A stretch of DNA of 40,000 nt from Halomonas zincidurans B6 (GTDB lineage: Bacteria; Pseudomonadota; Gammaproteobacteria; Pseudomonadales; Halomonadaceae): assembly GCF_000731955.1 (NCBI RefSeq), contig NZ_JNCK01000001.1, positions 624,676 to 664,675 of the forward strand, given 5' to 3'. The translations under genes were made by a program, and so were the position numbers. Position 1 is the stretch's first letter. The number at the start of each line of letters is the position of its first letter. Below the pieces are notes generated by a model. That model ran no database searches and was not told the DNA's origin. It saw only the letters and a program-made list of their open reading frames with translations. This document shows, in pieces, positions 37,099 to 40,000 of the stretch.

Positions 37099-37132
37099 GG
37101 TACGCAATCGCTGAGCGAGCTGGAGAGCAGCA

Positions 37133-37600
37133 ATGCTGAAGCTGTCAAAGCTGACCGACTATGCCGCTGTGGTGATGGCACAGATAGCGCGCCACCCCGA
37201 TCGGGCATATGCCGCTGCGGAGCTTGCTGAAGCAGTGAAGTTGCCGCATCCGACTGTCAGCAAGACGTTGAAGATGCTGGTGCGTGCCGGTCTGCTGGTT
37301 TCACGGCGAGGGGTCCAGGGCGGTTATCGCCTGGCGCGCTCGCCGTCGCAGATATCGGCTCGCGACATCATCGCCGCCATCGAAGGGCCGGTGGCAATGA
37401 CCGAATGCAGCCAGATCGACGGCGATTGCGAGTTGCTGGGCAACTGCAGCGTCGCCGACAACTGGCAGCGCGTGACGCTGGGTGTCCAAACATTGCTCGA
37501 TAGTGTCAGTTTGGCACACCTGGCACAGACCACGCCAATCAAGTTACCCGTGCAGCTACCCATACAGAGCGTGACGCTAGCGGCTTCGGCCGAGGGCTGA
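37133..37600 (+). CDS. Rrf2-family (IscR-like) SUF system Fe-S assembly regulator
   Basis: The N-terminal wHTH reads KLTDYAAVVMAQIARHP...LPHPTVSKTLKMLVRAGLLVSRRGVQGGYRLA. A three-Cys cluster-ligand motif reads ECSQIDGDCELLGNC. The gene lies directly upstream of sufB. Confidence 0.85.
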   Translation: MLKLSKLTDYAAVVMAQIARHPDRAYAAAELAEAVKLPHPTVSKTLKMLVRAGLLVSRRGVQGGYRLARSPSQISARDIIAAIEGPVAMTECSQIDGDCELLGNCSVADNWQRVTLGVQTLLDSVSLAHLAQTTPIKLPVQLPIQSVTLAASAEG

Positions 37601-37654
37601 CACGCCGATCATCGCTTGAACAGGGCGCAAGCAGACCGCCCGGAGGGGAAGACC

Positions 37655-39097
<1,443 letters not shown>

Positions 39098-39190
39098 GGC
39101 GCTATTGCGCTCGGTCATGACGCGCCAAGTGGCGTACTAGTTTATCGGGGTCGTCGAGGCGGCTCGAATCCAGATTCAAGGTGGCAACAC

Positions 39191-39943
39191 ATGCTCGAAG
39201 TCAAAGATCTGCACGTCTGCGTGGAAGGCTCGAAAATCCTCAAGGGGCTCTCGCTGACGATTCTTCCCGGCGAGGTCCACGCGATCATGGGCCCTAACGG
39301 CGCCGGCAAGTCGACGCTGTCGGCGGTGATCGCCGGCAAGCAAGGCTACGAAGTCACCGCGGGCACGATCACCTTCGAAGGTCGCGACGTGCTCGACATG
39401 GAGATCGAAGAGCGGGCCCAGGCCGGCCTGCTGATGGGCTTCCAGTACCCGGTCGAGATTCCGGGGGTCAAGAACATCTACCTGCTCAAGGCGGCGCTCA
39501 ATGCAAGCCGCGAGGCGCGCGGGGAGAGCGAGATCCCGGCGCCGGAATTCATGAAACTGGTCAAGGAGAAGCTGGCGTTCATGAAGATGGACTCGAGCTT
39601 CCTGCAGCGCGCCGTCAACGAAGGTTTTTCGGGCGGCGAGAAAAAGCGTAACGAGATCCTGCAGATGCTGATCCTCGAGCCCAAGCTGGCGATGCTCGAC
39701 GAGATCGACTCGGGGCTCGACATCGACGCCATGAAGATCGTCGCCGATGGCGTCAACTCGTTACGCAATGCCGATCGGGCGATTCTGATGGTCACCCACT
39801 ATCAGCGCCTGCTCGATTACATCATCCCCGACAAGGTGCATGTGCTGGTCGGCGGTCGCATCGTCAAGTCCGGCGACAAGAACCTGGCCCTGGAACTCGA
39901 ATCGCGCGGCTACGAATGGGTCGTGGAGGAGTCCGCAGCATGA
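39191..39943 (+). CDS. sufC: Fe-S cluster assembly ATPase SufC
   Basis: The Walker A motif is GPNGAGKSTL, the ABC signature is FSGGEKKRNEILQ and the Walker B motif is LAMLDEIDSGLD. Confidence 0.95.
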   Translation: MLEVKDLHVCVEGSKILKGLSLTILPGEVHAIMGPNGAGKSTLSAVIAGKQGYEVTAGTITFEGRDVLDMEIEERAQAGLLMGFQYPVEIPGVKNIYLLKAALNASREARGESEIPAPEFMKLVKEKLAFMKMDSSFLQRAVNEGFSGGEKKRNEILQMLILEPKLAMLDEIDSGLDIDAMKIVADGVNSLRNADRAILMVTHYQRLLDYIIPDKVHVLVGGRIVKSGDKNLALELESRGYEWVVEESAA

Positions 39944-40000
39944 GCGAGCGCAGTTTGAGTGAAGAGCAAGGCTTTCTCGAGCGGCTACGGGCGCGGGACG
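39940..40000 (+). CDS. sufD: Fe-S cluster assembly protein SufD, 5' fragment (runs off the window)
   Basis: ATG 39940 overlaps the sufC stop (ATGA), and the frame is open to the window end (MSERSLSEEQGFLERLRARD). The identity is assigned from position after sufC only. Confidence 0.55.
   Translation, partial: MSERSLSEEQGFLERLRARD

Overview
This is a chromosomal window from a high-GC gammaproteobacterium. The gene order resembles Halomonas or Pseudomonas, but taxon is inferred only from gene order and composition. Most of the window is conserved housekeeping sequence. From left to right it holds a TRAP permease, AtuA-like and DUF4387-like operon, then narK, an M23/LysM peptidoglycan endopeptidase, a divergent pirin and LysR pair, and yqjG. 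The classic block follows: queG, then divergently nnr-tsaE-amiB-mutL-miaA-hfq-hflX-hflK-hflC-hisZ-purA. At the right edge sit an Rrf2 regulator and sufB-sufC-sufD'. Two parts are accessory. (1) An apparently intact, endonuclease-less group II intron of about 1.93 kb (10155-12083) carries an RT/maturase ORF. It lies in the yqjG/queG intergenic region between two REP-like palindromic elements. (2) The most interesting region is a six-gene minus-strand locus of about 10 kb (26590-36709) wedged between purA and the suf operon. It encodes a Ugd-type nucleotide-sugar 6-dehydrogenase, an Alg8-like GT2 synthase with an extra C-terminal domain, and an Alg44-like PilZ/membrane-fusion protein. It also encodes a jelly-roll polysaccharide lyase, a PL5 AlgL-like lyase and a 923-aa Sel1-repeat lipoprotein that resembles AlgK but is about twice its size. 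The locus looks like the alginate synthase core rewired to a different precursor. It has no AlgD, AlgE porin, AlgG epimerase or acetylation genes. I propose it is a c-di-GMP-gated, synthase-dependent system for a glucuronate-containing exopolysaccharide. Its AT-rich upstream control region also holds an orphan plus-strand intrinsic terminator, which may mark a small RNA, and several repeats. Many long ORFs in the supplied track are antisense shadows typical of high-GC DNA and were rejected.
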